From contig OZ246394.1 of the NCBI GenBank assembly GCA_965230895.1, positions 1,249,887-1,313,886 on the forward strand: a DNA stretch of 64,000 nucleotides. Direction: 5' to 3'. The stretch comes from an uncultured Gammaproteobacteria bacterium. Its GTDB lineage: Bacteria; Patescibacteriota; Microgenomatia; Levybacterales; UBA12049. The notes below the pieces were generated by a model, which was given only the letters and a program-made list of their open reading frames with translations, was not told the origin of the DNA and did not search any database. The position numbers and the translations under genes were made by a program. Positions 37,558 to 47,300 of the stretch are shown here, piece by piece. Within the stretch, counting starts at the first letter, position 1, and every line of letters begins with the position of its first letter.

Positions 37558-38295
37558 TCATTTCGCTGGCTGCAGAATTAATTGATCACCGACAATTCCT
37601 ACAATATGATTTCTTTGTTTCGGAAATAATAGGGTGCGTCCAGTTTCGCGAATATACTTCCTAAGTGTCTTAATATTTGGAAGTGTTGATTCATTATATA
37701 TAGCTGGGTCTGCATCCATATTTCCAAACAATTTGTAGATGTCGTTATCTTTAATAGTCTTTGGATATACGGAAAGTTTTGGAAGGAGTTTCCCATATCT
37801 GATTGGGGCACGTTTTGTTTCTTTAGATTGTTGCTCGCTAAATGTATTCCATTTCTTAAACTCTTTTTCAGAAAGATGCATTGTCCCTGTACAGAATTCA
37901 CTGTCACAGATACATGTATGTGTACATGGCGTACAAAAATCTGATGAACTTAATTGGTATGAAATTGTTAATTCTTCTCCTTGAAAGATTTTTCTAAGCG
38001 CAAAAAATAGTGTATGACCTTTATATGTGTAAATCCAACTATTTGGAGTGCATGAATGGTTCACCATATGCGCTCCTGGTTTTCTTAGATTTTCGGGGTA
38101 GAGTGCTGCATAATCGTGATAATAAAGGAGGTATAAACCATCTTTTTCACTTGTATCTTCTTCAGCTATTTTTATTACCTTACCTATATAATCCGCAATA
38201 ACTGTTCCTGGCTTGATTTCTTTCTTTGCAAAAATACCACGCCCTTTTTTCGGAGTCTCTTTAATTTCCCAATACGAACTATCTAGAAGAATCAT
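37558..38295 (-). CDS. SET-domain protein-lysine methyltransferase with Cys-rich post-SET region
   Basis: GRGIFAKKEIKPGTVIADYIG (GxG), HMVNHSCTPN (NHSCxPN signature), GEELTISY (ELxxxY), then the post-SET CTPCTHTCICDSEFCTG. A leaderless-type TACAAT lies 7 nt upstream of the ATG. Confidence 0.8.
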   Translation of the reverse strand: MILLDSSYWEIKETPKKGRGIFAKKEIKPGTVIADYIGKVIKIAEEDTSEKDGLYLLYYHDYAALYPENLRKPGAHMVNHSCTPNSWIYTYKGHTLFFALRKIFQGEELTISYQLSSSDFCTPCTHTCICDSEFCTGTMHLSEKEFKKWNTFSEQQSKETKRAPIRYGKLLPKLSVYPKTIKDNDIYKLFGNMDADPAIYNESTLPNIKTLRKYIRETGRTLLFPKQRNHIVGIVGDQLILQPAK

Positions 38296-38496
38296 GGAGG
38301 CAATTGTACCCTAGTAATTGCGATCGTGGCAAGTGGAACGTATACTGTTATATATGAAGAAGCGGTTACTGATAAAAGATAAAAAATTGCGAGATAAAGT
38401 TAAAGAGGGTAGGGAAGGCGCAAAAAAAGACTTTTTTGAGTTATTAAAGCGCGCTGTAAAGCGCTAGAACACCCTTTAATTATTTCAGACGATGTA

Positions 38497-38976
38497 TTAA
38501 TCATCTTTCTGGACTTCATCATATTCGATCTTGTAAAAGAACTTCCACATACTGAGACCAGACTTCTTTTGTTCTTTGTCGTCAAGGCTTAGCAGATCCC
38601 CATTGTTCATTTCCATTAATTCATAAATACTCCTACACATTCTCCATGCTGTTTTGTAGGTTACTCCTAACTCTTTTTGAACTTGTTTAATAGATATTTC
38701 TCCACGTGTCTGTGTCATAAAAAAAATTGCGAAGAACCATAATCGAAGTGGGGTAGATGACCTTTCAAAAATCGTTCCTCCAAGTGGGTATATATGGTTA
38801 CGGCAGTCTTTACATGCATAGGAAGTCCGATTTTTTATCTTGTAGTGTTTTGTAATTTGCTTACAGCCTTTGCAGTATACTCCTTTTGGGTACTGTAGTT
38901 TTTTGATTTCTTCCAGACATGCCTCGTCATCTGGAAAACTTTGTAGAAAGTCGTGAAAAGAAAATTCTCCTCCCAT
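38497..38976 (-). mobile_element. IS1595-family transposase N-terminal fragment (zinc-ribbon plus HTH only; DDE domain absent), a remnant or domesticated DNA-binding module
   Basis: GVYCKGCKQITKHYKIKNRTSYACKDCRNHIYPLGGTIFERSSTPLRLWFFAIFFMTQTRGEISIKQVQKELGVTYKTAWRMCRSI parallels the IS1595 Tnp N-terminus (C..C...C..C zinc ribbon, PLRTWF...KKG.SAK.L.R.LGV.Y..AW). The ORF stops at 159 aa and no DDE-like frame continues downstream. Confidence 0.6.
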
Positions 38977-39138
38977 AAAATAATGATAATGAAGCTAATT
39001 CCGTGTTGTCAAGGGATAGGGGGTGATATTGCCTATTGACGACTCATCAGGCAATTGTCTATGATGGATTTAATCTAATAAAACTATTAAGCGAATGAGA
39101 ATTTAAGTTATAAGTGCTTTCGCTATAGTGAGGTTAAT

Positions 39139-41454
39139 ATGAAACATAAACTTACTGCCACTCTTGACCATGTAATAACATTTCTACTTTTAATAGTAGC
39201 TGGTGTTACTCCTCTTCTTTTCTTCAATCAAACAACTGAATTCTACGAGATGCCAAAGCTTATCTTTCTAGTTGTTTCCGTACTTGTCTTGACAGGTATG
39301 TGGATTTTTTCTTGGATCTTAAAAGGGAAGGTAATGATTACAAGAACTCCACTGGATATTCCTTTATTAGTACTTTTGGTAGTTGTAGTTGCTTCAGCAT
39401 ACTTCAGCGAATCACGATTCTCAGCAATTTATGGTAATTTCCCTCGAGTTCATGGCTCAGCTGTGGCTTGGGTTACCTATATATTATTGTACTTTGTCAC
39501 GGTTTCTCACCTTCGAAACCTCACTCAAATCAAGACCTTCATGTATACATTGTATGGTAGTGGGTTAGTTGTAGCCTTAATTAGTGTACTTTCATACTTT
39601 GGATTATTCCTTCCAGTTGATTTCGCAAAAGCAGTTAACTTTACTCCAACTGGATCATCATTCTCAACTGTCGCGTTCATGCTTTTGCTCTTACCATTCC
39701 CAGTACTTTCTTTGATAAATCCAAATAAGTATCTTCCAACAGTTCCTGCAGTAGTTTTATCATCAGTATTTGGTATCACTATCGCACTTCTTGGGGGAGT
39801 AGCAACTTATATCGCAATGCTCTTGGTATTCGCACTTGCAGTCTTCGTTTCAAAACCAGCGCAACTTCAAAAGACTGTTGCAATGTTCTTGATCCCAGTT
39901 GCTTTGACAGCTTTGACTTTAGTATTCTCATACGTTCCATTGCCAGGCGGTATGAGTCAAATGCAGGCTAATTTCCCTAAAGAAATCCAACTTCCTTTCG
40001 CAACTTCATGGAAAGTATCAGCATCAGCATTCCGTGACGCACCATTCATCGGAACAGGTCCATCAACATACCTTTTTAACTTCACGTCATACAAGCCATT
40101 GGAGTTCAACCAATTTGACTTCTGGAACTTCTCATTCGACACTGCGTACAATGAATTCTTGCAAGCACTCGGGACCTTGGGTATCCTTGGACTCGTATCA
40201 CTCTTCTTGCTCTGCTTGATCGTTCTTAACTCAGCACGAAAGAACATGTCACTCGACAATGCTGAAGCAACTCAAGATGGTCATGACGGATCACACGAAA
40301 ATGCACATGTCTTACTTCCAGGGTTAGCAATCAGTGGACTTGTAAGTATCGTTCTTCTCGCAATCCATGCAACAACATTGGTCTCAATAGTTGTCACATT
40401 CTTTGTCCTTGCAGCGTTCATGGTTTCACAGAAATCAGTACGGGGTAGAGTAATGAAACTCTCAATGGGTATCAAAGCATCAACTTCAGAGAACAAGCAA
40501 TTTGATCTCTTCCCAGTACTCTTGTTCGTAGCTTTCTTAGTCGCAGCAGTACCAGCGTTGATCCAAACATTCAACACAGCAATGGCAGACTACTATCACA
40601 GACAAGCTTTGGCTCAAGCAAACCAAAACGGTACTAAGACATACGAATATTTGCAAAAGGCTGAATCAGCTAACCCATATATCGACCTCTACAGAGTTGA
40701 TATGGCACAAACTAACTTCGCTCTCGCAAATGCACTCGCAGCACAAAAAGGTCCTAAATCAGCTGACGACAAAGGTACTTTGACTGACGCAGACAAGAAG
40801 ACTATTCAAACACTTCTTTCACAGTCAATCAACGAAAGTAGAGCAAGTGTAGCTTTAAGTCCACGATCATCACGAAACTGGGAAGTACTCGCTTCAATCT
40901 ACCGAAACATCTCAGGAGTTGCACAAAACGCATTAGTATACTCACTTGATAGTTACGGCCGAGCAATCCAAAGAGATCCATTGAATCCAGCACTTCGAGT
41001 TAACGTTGGTGGAATCTACTACTCAATCAAGAACTATGATCTCGCTATCCGATTCTTCTCAGACGCAGCGAACTTGAAGCCAGACTATGCAAATGCATAC
41101 TTCAACTTAGCGATCGCTCTCCGAGATAAGGGTGACTTACAAAACGCTAAAGCAGTTGCAGAACAAGCAGTAAAGATCTTGTCTGAGAACAAAGAAACAG
41201 CTGATTATAAGACAGCATCAACTCTCTTGACTGAACTTAACAAGAAGATCGCTGACTCAGCAGATGAAACTCCAAATCAGGCTTCATCATCAGCTCAGCA
41301 ACAGCCAACAGCTCTTGAGAACCAGAACTTGGAAGACGTAAATGTAGATGGCTTGGACAATGCACCATCAGTTACACCAGCACCAACTGTCCGACCAAAT
41401 CCAGCAGCTAACTTACCACAAGGCATTAACCCAACAGCTGCTCCAAGAAGATAA
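39139..41454 (+). CDS. Large polytopic membrane protein (~12 TM, Wzy_C/O-antigen-ligase-like core) with C-terminal TPR repeats and a low-complexity tail
   Basis: Many hydrophobic helices in the first ~450 aa. TPR motifs (YANAYFNLAIALRDKGDLQNAKAVAEQAVKI; ALVYSLDSYGRAIQRDPLNPALRVNVGGIYY). Gln/Pro/Ala-rich C-terminus. Confidence 0.6.
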   Translation: MKHKLTATLDHVITFLLLIVAGVTPLLFFNQTTEFYEMPKLIFLVVSVLVLTGMWIFSWILKGKVMITRTPLDIPLLVLLVVVVASAYFSESRFSAIYGNFPRVHGSAVAWVTYILLYFVTVSHLRNLTQIKTFMYTLYGSGLVVALISVLSYFGLFLPVDFAKAVNFTPTGSSFSTVAFMLLLLPFPVLSLINPNKYLPTVPAVVLSSVFGITIALLGGVATYIAMLLVFALAVFVSKPAQLQKTVAMFLIPVALTALTLVFSYVPLPGGMSQMQANFPKEIQLPFATSWKVSASAFRDAPFIGTGPSTYLFNFTSYKPLEFNQFDFWNFSFDTAYNEFLQALGTLGILGLVSLFLLCLIVLNSARKNMSLDNAEATQDGHDGSHENAHVLLPGLAISGLVSIVLLAIHATTLVSIVVTFFVLAAFMVSQKSVRGRVMKLSMGIKASTSENKQFDLFPVLLFVAFLVAAVPALIQTFNTAMADYYHRQALAQANQNGTKTYEYLQKAESANPYIDLYRVDMAQTNFALANALAAQKGPKSADDKGTLTDADKKTIQTLLSQSINESRASVALSPRSSRNWEVLASIYRNISGVAQNALVYSLDSYGRAIQRDPLNPALRVNVGGIYYSIKNYDLAIRFFSDAANLKPDYANAYFNLAIALRDKGDLQNAKAVAEQAVKILSENKETADYKTASTLLTELNKKIADSADETPNQASSSAQQQPTALENQNLEDVNVDGLDNAPSVTPAPTVRPNPAANLPQGINPTAAPRR

Positions 41455-41569
41455 ACTTCACTACGAAGTGGAGTTTTCTTCGTTTAAATCCCAATTATAT
41501 TTCCAGTCTGAGCTTGTCGAAGACGTAGTGAAACAGTTACCCTTCGACTTCGCTCAGGGATGATAATTC

Positions 41570-42211
41570 TTATTTGAGGTGTAGTTCGTGGTTTCCATAG
41601 ATGATGAGGACTTCGCCGTCTCGGATGGCTTTAAAAGGTATTTGCTTCGTTTCGAGATACGTAACGACTTCATTTACCGCTTCGGATTCTGGGTGATTTG
41701 ATTGGTAGTGTGGGATGAGAGAATAGGGGACGACATCAAGTCCTTCCCAGATGATTCCTGGTTCATAACCTTGTGGAATTAAATGTAGATCATCGACTAA
41801 ATCGACGCCTTTCATGGTTGGACTGAGTATGCACATGCCAGCGCTGTAGCCGCCATAGACAAGGGCATCTTCCTGCAATAACTGTTTTATAATCTCATCG
41901 GCGCTGCTTTTCTCCATAGCTTTACGGAGGACGAAAGCGTTTCCGCCCCGGACCCAAAGGAGATAATATTTCCTAAGCTCAACCTCCAATTCTGCTTTCT
42001 TCCCAAAGTATTCTTTGAGATCAACTTCTGTGACATCCAGGCCAAAATCTGTGAGTTCTTTGATGTCTTTTTTATTCCTTTCCTTGATCTCTTCTGGCGT
42101 TCGGAAGTCGACAGCATTTGCTATCAGTGCAGCCTTGGTTTTACCACCAAGAAGCTTTAACAATTCATCAGAATGATTCCCAAGTCGATACGAAGAAAGA
42201 TACAACCGCAT
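41570..42211 (-). CDS. Peptidase S51 (dipeptidase E/cyanophycinase-like) family serine peptidase
   Basis: VRGGNAFVL and YGGYSAGMCIL (GxSAG nucleophile elbow) plus a C-terminal His region are consistent with the S51 Ser-His-Glu triad fold. Confidence 0.65.
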   Translation of the reverse strand: MRLYLSSYRLGNHSDELLKLLGGKTKAALIANAVDFRTPEEIKERNKKDIKELTDFGLDVTEVDLKEYFGKKAELEVELRKYYLLWVRGGNAFVLRKAMEKSSADEIIKQLLQEDALVYGGYSAGMCILSPTMKGVDLVDDLHLIPQGYEPGIIWEGLDVVPYSLIPHYQSNHPESEAVNEVVTYLETKQIPFKAIRDGEVLIIYGNHELHLK

Positions 42212-42275
42212 GGATCAATTATAGCAGTGGCGTTTGTAGGAAAGATGTATTCGTTAATATTTTTTTTATGTCATA

Positions 42276-43274
42276 TTGTATAATTATTTGTGCATGAAAT
42301 GGTGGGCGTACATATTACTTGCTATAACAATTCCTCTTTCTGCTCTTTATCTCTATCAGCTCTATGATGACCAAACTTATGCTGGAGCGCCTCTTGCAAA
42401 GACTTCCAATTGTCCTTTTACCTATATAAATCAGCAACGATGTGAGCCAAATGTTGCTCCAAGAAAGCGTGAATATGTCGAATTGCGAAATGACCTTATT
42501 GAATATTTAGATTCAGAAAAAGAAAGCGGCCGATTAATTGATGGTGCTATTTATTTCCGTGATCTGCAGAATGGTCCTGTTATTAGTATTAATTCCCAAG
42601 ATTATTTCATCCCAGCAAGTTTGCTGAAACTTCCTTTGATGGTTACATATTTAAAGAAGGCTGAAACTGATCCAAATCTCCTTCAAAAGAACATTACGAT
42701 TACTAATGAAATGCAGTCTTTGGATCAAAATATCGTTCCTCGACAAGGTGCGCAAGTTGGCAAAACGTATACCCGTGAGCAATTACTTAATCTACTCATC
42801 TCACAATCAGATAACATTTCCTGGAAGGCTTTATTGACGGATCTCCGTGCCAATTATTCAGAAGAAGATTTCGTTGGTACCTTGAGTGATCTCGGTATCG
42901 TCGATCCTCGTAAACAAGATGACCAGCGGTACATTACAACACAAAATTATGCTTCTATTTATCGAATTCTTTACAATTCTTCCTATCTTAACGCCGAAAT
43001 GTCTAACAAGGCATTGTCAATCTTATCCAAATCTGAATTCAAAGATGGTATTGTTTCGGGAGTTCCAAGTAATGTTCAAACAGCTCACAAGTTTGGTGAA
43101 CAAAAAAATGGTAATGAGCAACAACTTCATGATTGTGGAATTGTCTATTATTCCCCAAGTCCATATATCATTTGCGTGATGACCAAAGGAACTGATATTA
43201 ACAATTTAGAAGCAGCTATTCGAACTGTCTCAAAGGATGTTTATACTGAAGTTGAGAAAAGAAATGCGGATTAA
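42276..43274 (+). CDS. Membrane-anchored class-A beta-lactamase-fold serine hydrolase (divergent), paralog 1
   Basis: N-terminal TM helix. SxxK (PASLLK), SDN (SQSDNIS) and K-x-G (HKFGE). No canonical Omega-loop ExxLN. Confidence 0.65.
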   Translation: MYNYLCMKWWAYILLAITIPLSALYLYQLYDDQTYAGAPLAKTSNCPFTYINQQRCEPNVAPRKREYVELRNDLIEYLDSEKESGRLIDGAIYFRDLQNGPVISINSQDYFIPASLLKLPLMVTYLKKAETDPNLLQKNITITNEMQSLDQNIVPRQGAQVGKTYTREQLLNLLISQSDNISWKALLTDLRANYSEEDFVGTLSDLGIVDPRKQDDQRYITTQNYASIYRILYNSSYLNAEMSNKALSILSKSEFKDGIVSGVPSNVQTAHKFGEQKNGNEQQLHDCGIVYYSPSPYIICVMTKGTDINNLEAAIRTVSKDVYTEVEKRNAD

Positions 43275-43276
43275 TA

Positions 43277-44248
43277 ATGAGGAAATTAAATATAATTTTA
43301 GCCATAGTAATTGCTCTTATCATTGGTTTTTTTTCTGGATCGCTCTATCCAAAGCAGAATAATACTGAATGTGAGGGTGATTATACATACATTAACGCAA
43401 GAATTGGGTGTCAGCCAAAAACAGTAATTAGTAAGCATGAATATACAGGTTTAATGCAAGATCTTAATATTTACATTCGAGCCCAAACCGAAGCAAAACA
43501 TGTGAATCTTGTAGCTGTTTATTATCGAGATTTATCAGCTGGACCTACATTTGGGATTGAATCTCAGGAGAAGTTTGCACCAGCAAGCTTACTTAAGGTT
43601 CCACTCCTCTTAACATATTTAAGTTTAGCAGAGACAGATTCAAACCTATTAAAGAAGCAAATTGCTTTTAAAGGTACAACAGATCTCTTAACTCAATCAT
43701 CTTCTGGTTCATCAGTTCTTAAATCAAATAAAGCATATACAATTGATTCATTGCTGTCCAAAATGATTATAGATTCTGACAATCTTTCGTATGTTCTTCT
43801 GGTAAATTCACTGAAAGAACTTTATCCTAAACAATATCCACTGACTGATACTATGCTTGATCTTGGCTTAGTTAATCCGCGGAACCCTTCAGAAGATACT
43901 ATTACTGTCAAAGCTTATGCATCTATTTTTAGGCATCTATATAATAGTAGCTATCTTTCCCCTGAAATGTCAGAAAAAGCATTACAACTTTTATCACAGG
44001 CTGATTATTCAAAAGGCATTGTCGCTGGGGTTCCTACTGGTACCAAAGTTGCCCATAAATTTGGTGAGCGAGGTAATTTACCTAATGATGCTCAACAGCT
44101 TCATGATTGTGGAATTGTCTATTACCCTGATAATCCATATCTTATTTGTATAATGACTCGTGGAGACAATATGCAGGAATTAGAAACTGTCATCAAAACC
44201 ATTTCAGAAAAAGTCTACAAAGAAGTTGATTCCAGAAAGATTAAATAA
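43277..44248 (+). CDS. Membrane-anchored class-A beta-lactamase-fold serine hydrolase (divergent), paralog 2
   Basis: APASLLK, DSDNLS and HKFGERG. Clear paralog of the upstream gene (QQLHDCGIVYY...PYIICVMT is shared). Confidence 0.65.
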   Translation: MRKLNIILAIVIALIIGFFSGSLYPKQNNTECEGDYTYINARIGCQPKTVISKHEYTGLMQDLNIYIRAQTEAKHVNLVAVYYRDLSAGPTFGIESQEKFAPASLLKVPLLLTYLSLAETDSNLLKKQIAFKGTTDLLTQSSSGSSVLKSNKAYTIDSLLSKMIIDSDNLSYVLLVNSLKELYPKQYPLTDTMLDLGLVNPRNPSEDTITVKAYASIFRHLYNSSYLSPEMSEKALQLLSQADYSKGIVAGVPTGTKVAHKFGERGNLPNDAQQLHDCGIVYYPDNPYLICIMTRGDNMQELETVIKTISEKVYKEVDSRKIK

Positions 44249-44310
44249 ATCTTCATTCTGTACTTGTGCCGACAAAGTACCAACGCTCTCAGTACTCGCT
44301 AATTGTTTTT

Positions 44311-47300
44311 TTATTCTAGTGGTGTTGCTGAGGAGAGTTCTTGTGGTTTTTCTATTCCGATTTGCATGATCATTTCTGTCTCTGAGAACGCGATTCCAAC
44401 TGGAACTTCCTTTACAGCATTTGCTGGTGCTTCATCTGTGAGTGCACCTGAAACTCCCAAGAAATATTGTTTACCAACTTCCAAGTTGTTCAATACATTT
44501 GCTTTTCCTCCGATAATGATTGTGACATCTTTACCAGCTTGCGCATCGCTAGCAGCGATACCAACTACTACTGTCTTTGCTTCATCTGTTGCATCAGCAA
44601 TCATTACTTCTTTGGTAGCTGAGATGTAAAGCGCATCTCCTTTTTTAATATCTTCACCAGCCTTTGCTGTGATAGTGATAGCTCCAGCAAGATCGATATT
44701 ACCGCCCACTTTGATGTTTTCTTTGGTCTCAACATTCTTTGCGACGATATTGCCCTTAGTGATCATTGATCCATTCTTGTCGATGATCATCGCGCCGTTG
44801 AAGATATCAAGCAAGTTCGCGAGTGGTGACTTCTGCAAGAACAAGATACCATCTGTTGGTTCTTGGCCATTTTCGATTGGTGAGCCAAAGACACTAATTT
44901 CATTTTCTGTGACAGAGAGTGTACCGCCGACATTGATTCGATCATCAACTGTGAGGACTCCTGCGACATTTGTATCTTCGAGTGTTGTCTTGCCTGTCAC
45001 CATGATATCTCCTGAAATTGTTGTGTCACCGAGATATGATTTGCCGAATGACTTGAATGTATCTTGAACAGTTGCAGTGTACGCAGTAAATTCACCACTG
45101 ATTGTTGCTGTTGCAAAGATTGCATTATCAGTAGGGGATGCAGAATTTGTCGCGATCAACAAGTCAGGTGAAGTAAGATCTTCAGCTGATGGAGTTGGCT
45201 CTGCACTTTCACTTGCTGTTGGAGTAGCAGAAGGTGAACCGACGCCACTTGTTGGAGTAGGGGTAGCTGAGACATTAAGACTTGCGATCAAGTCATCAAG
45301 TCTCTGACTCAAACTAGCGAGATCTGCTGAATTTGATGCATTGTTTATCTCTGCAAGTTGTTGTTCCAAGTTAGCGAGCTGTGCATCAGTTGAAGCAACT
45401 TTGTCTCCAAGGATTGCTGCATTGCTTGCTGCTTCTTCAGCTTTTTGTTGTGCTGCTGCAAGTGCTGCAGCCTTAGATGCTTCTTGTGATTCGAGATTTG
45501 TAAGTCGACTATCAAGTTGGTTTGTCTTTTCTTCGAGACTGATTGCACTTGCTTGAAGTGAACTTATAGCAGTTGTCTTATTTGTGAGACTGTTGTTAAC
45601 AGCCAAGAACGCATCAGCCAATGATCCATTAACAACTTGTCCATCGATCTGCATGTTGGATGGGAGGACGACATCTCCAGTTTCGATTGTCTCTTCATCA
45701 GTAAGGATAGCCAATTTGTTACTTGGATCAGCAAATGTAATATTGACGAATGTCATAACCTTACCAACACCTGTTCCAGTGAAGTCTTCAAGTGCTTTAC
45801 CGATAACTTGTCCTGGCTTCGTTGCTTTCATAGCGATACCAGCAACTGATGAAGAAGTGAGGTAATCGCCCTTTTTGATCTGTCCATTTTCTGTACTCAC
45901 CTTGACTGGGACACGTCCAGCAAGAGCAACTGGTACAGCCTTGCCACCACTGATCATTTGTTCATTTTGTGATAATCTAAAGCCTGGTTTCTCGCTGTAA
46001 ACACCGATTATTGTAGTATCATATGTACCCTCTGATTTCTTAACGTTTTCATCAACATTTTGGTCGATAGAAAGGACGTCACCGGCTTGCAGTGAATCGT
46101 CTTGCGTACCATAATCTTCAGCCAAATCATAGTTGCCGCCGTTGGTTGTAAGTGTTCCAGACAATGTCGCGTTGCCAGTACTGTCGATAGAGAAGAGTTC
46201 TTGGTTTGCTGCATTCTTCCACATGAACTTGTTGGTGTCAATTCCTGTGTAGTCGGATGCCAACTTACTGATAACATCTCCATTGATTCCTTGGATTGAT
46301 CCTGAGAGCAAGTCGAGGAGAGGAGTCTTAACTGATCCTGAAGCTGTAACATCTCCGAATGCTGCTGAACTTGCAGTAAGATCTCCAAGAATATCGAAGT
46401 TACCATTATGAGTCCAAGCGCCGAGGCCAGAGTATTCCGGTACAGCATTTGGATCAGCATAAGCATTAACAACATATACCATGACAGTGGTTTTTCCACT
46501 ATTTGGATCCCAATCTTCCAGAGCTTTACCGACAATAAATCCTTTTTGTGTTGCCTTCATACCTTTACCTGATTCAGCAGATGTCGTAACGAAATCACCG
46601 GTTTGAATTGCAGGAGATGATGCAGAAATCTTTACAGGGACACGGCCATTCAAAGCAATTGGCATCGGTCGATCTGCTTCTTCAATATTATGTCCAATAC
46701 TATTAAAGTCACCTGCATTATCTGGATTTGAAACGATACCAATAGTACTGGATTGATATTCAGAGGTTGTTTTAACAAGTTTTGATACTCTTTCACCATC
46801 TTTAGTTGTGATGTATGTAGATCCTGGAGCTACGATATCACCTGTTTCGATATCATCATCAACTGAATACATTTCCATATAGTCGGCTGCAGGTGTTGAT
46901 GTACAATCTCGGATAAGGACATTGGTCGTTATACCATTTCCATTTTCTCCACAAAGTGCTTCGTCTGAACTGCCGCTTGCAAGGTCAATCATCAATGTGC
47001 CGTTAATATTAACAACACCGTTGGTATTGTTATCAATAGTTTCACCATTCTGGAGTTGGATATCGTTGGTGATATTTGTATTAGAGAACGTCAAACCTGT
47101 GCCTGTACTTGCACCAATTGTAACGTTACCAGCATTTGCTACGGTAAATACTGATGTACCTGAGTCTTTAAGTTCCATGAGTGGTCCAGTTCCAGCGTTG
47201 TTGACAACAAGTGCTGTTCCTGATGTCGTACCATTTACATTGACGATAGGTTGGGTAGTCGAACTACTCGCAACATCAAGTGCTGCTCCTGGAGTGTATG

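Noticed and set aside
38400-38585. 61-aa minus-strand ORF overlapping the end of the IS1595 fragment
   Set aside because: Different frame, overlaps the transposase fragment's stop, and does not resemble a DDE domain. Not a frameshifted continuation.
42276-44248. Calling the two class-A-like proteins beta-lactamases or antibiotic-resistance genes
   Set aside because: KTG is replaced by KFG and the Omega-loop Glu motif is absent. The evidence supports only a beta-lactamase/transpeptidase fold, not resistance function.
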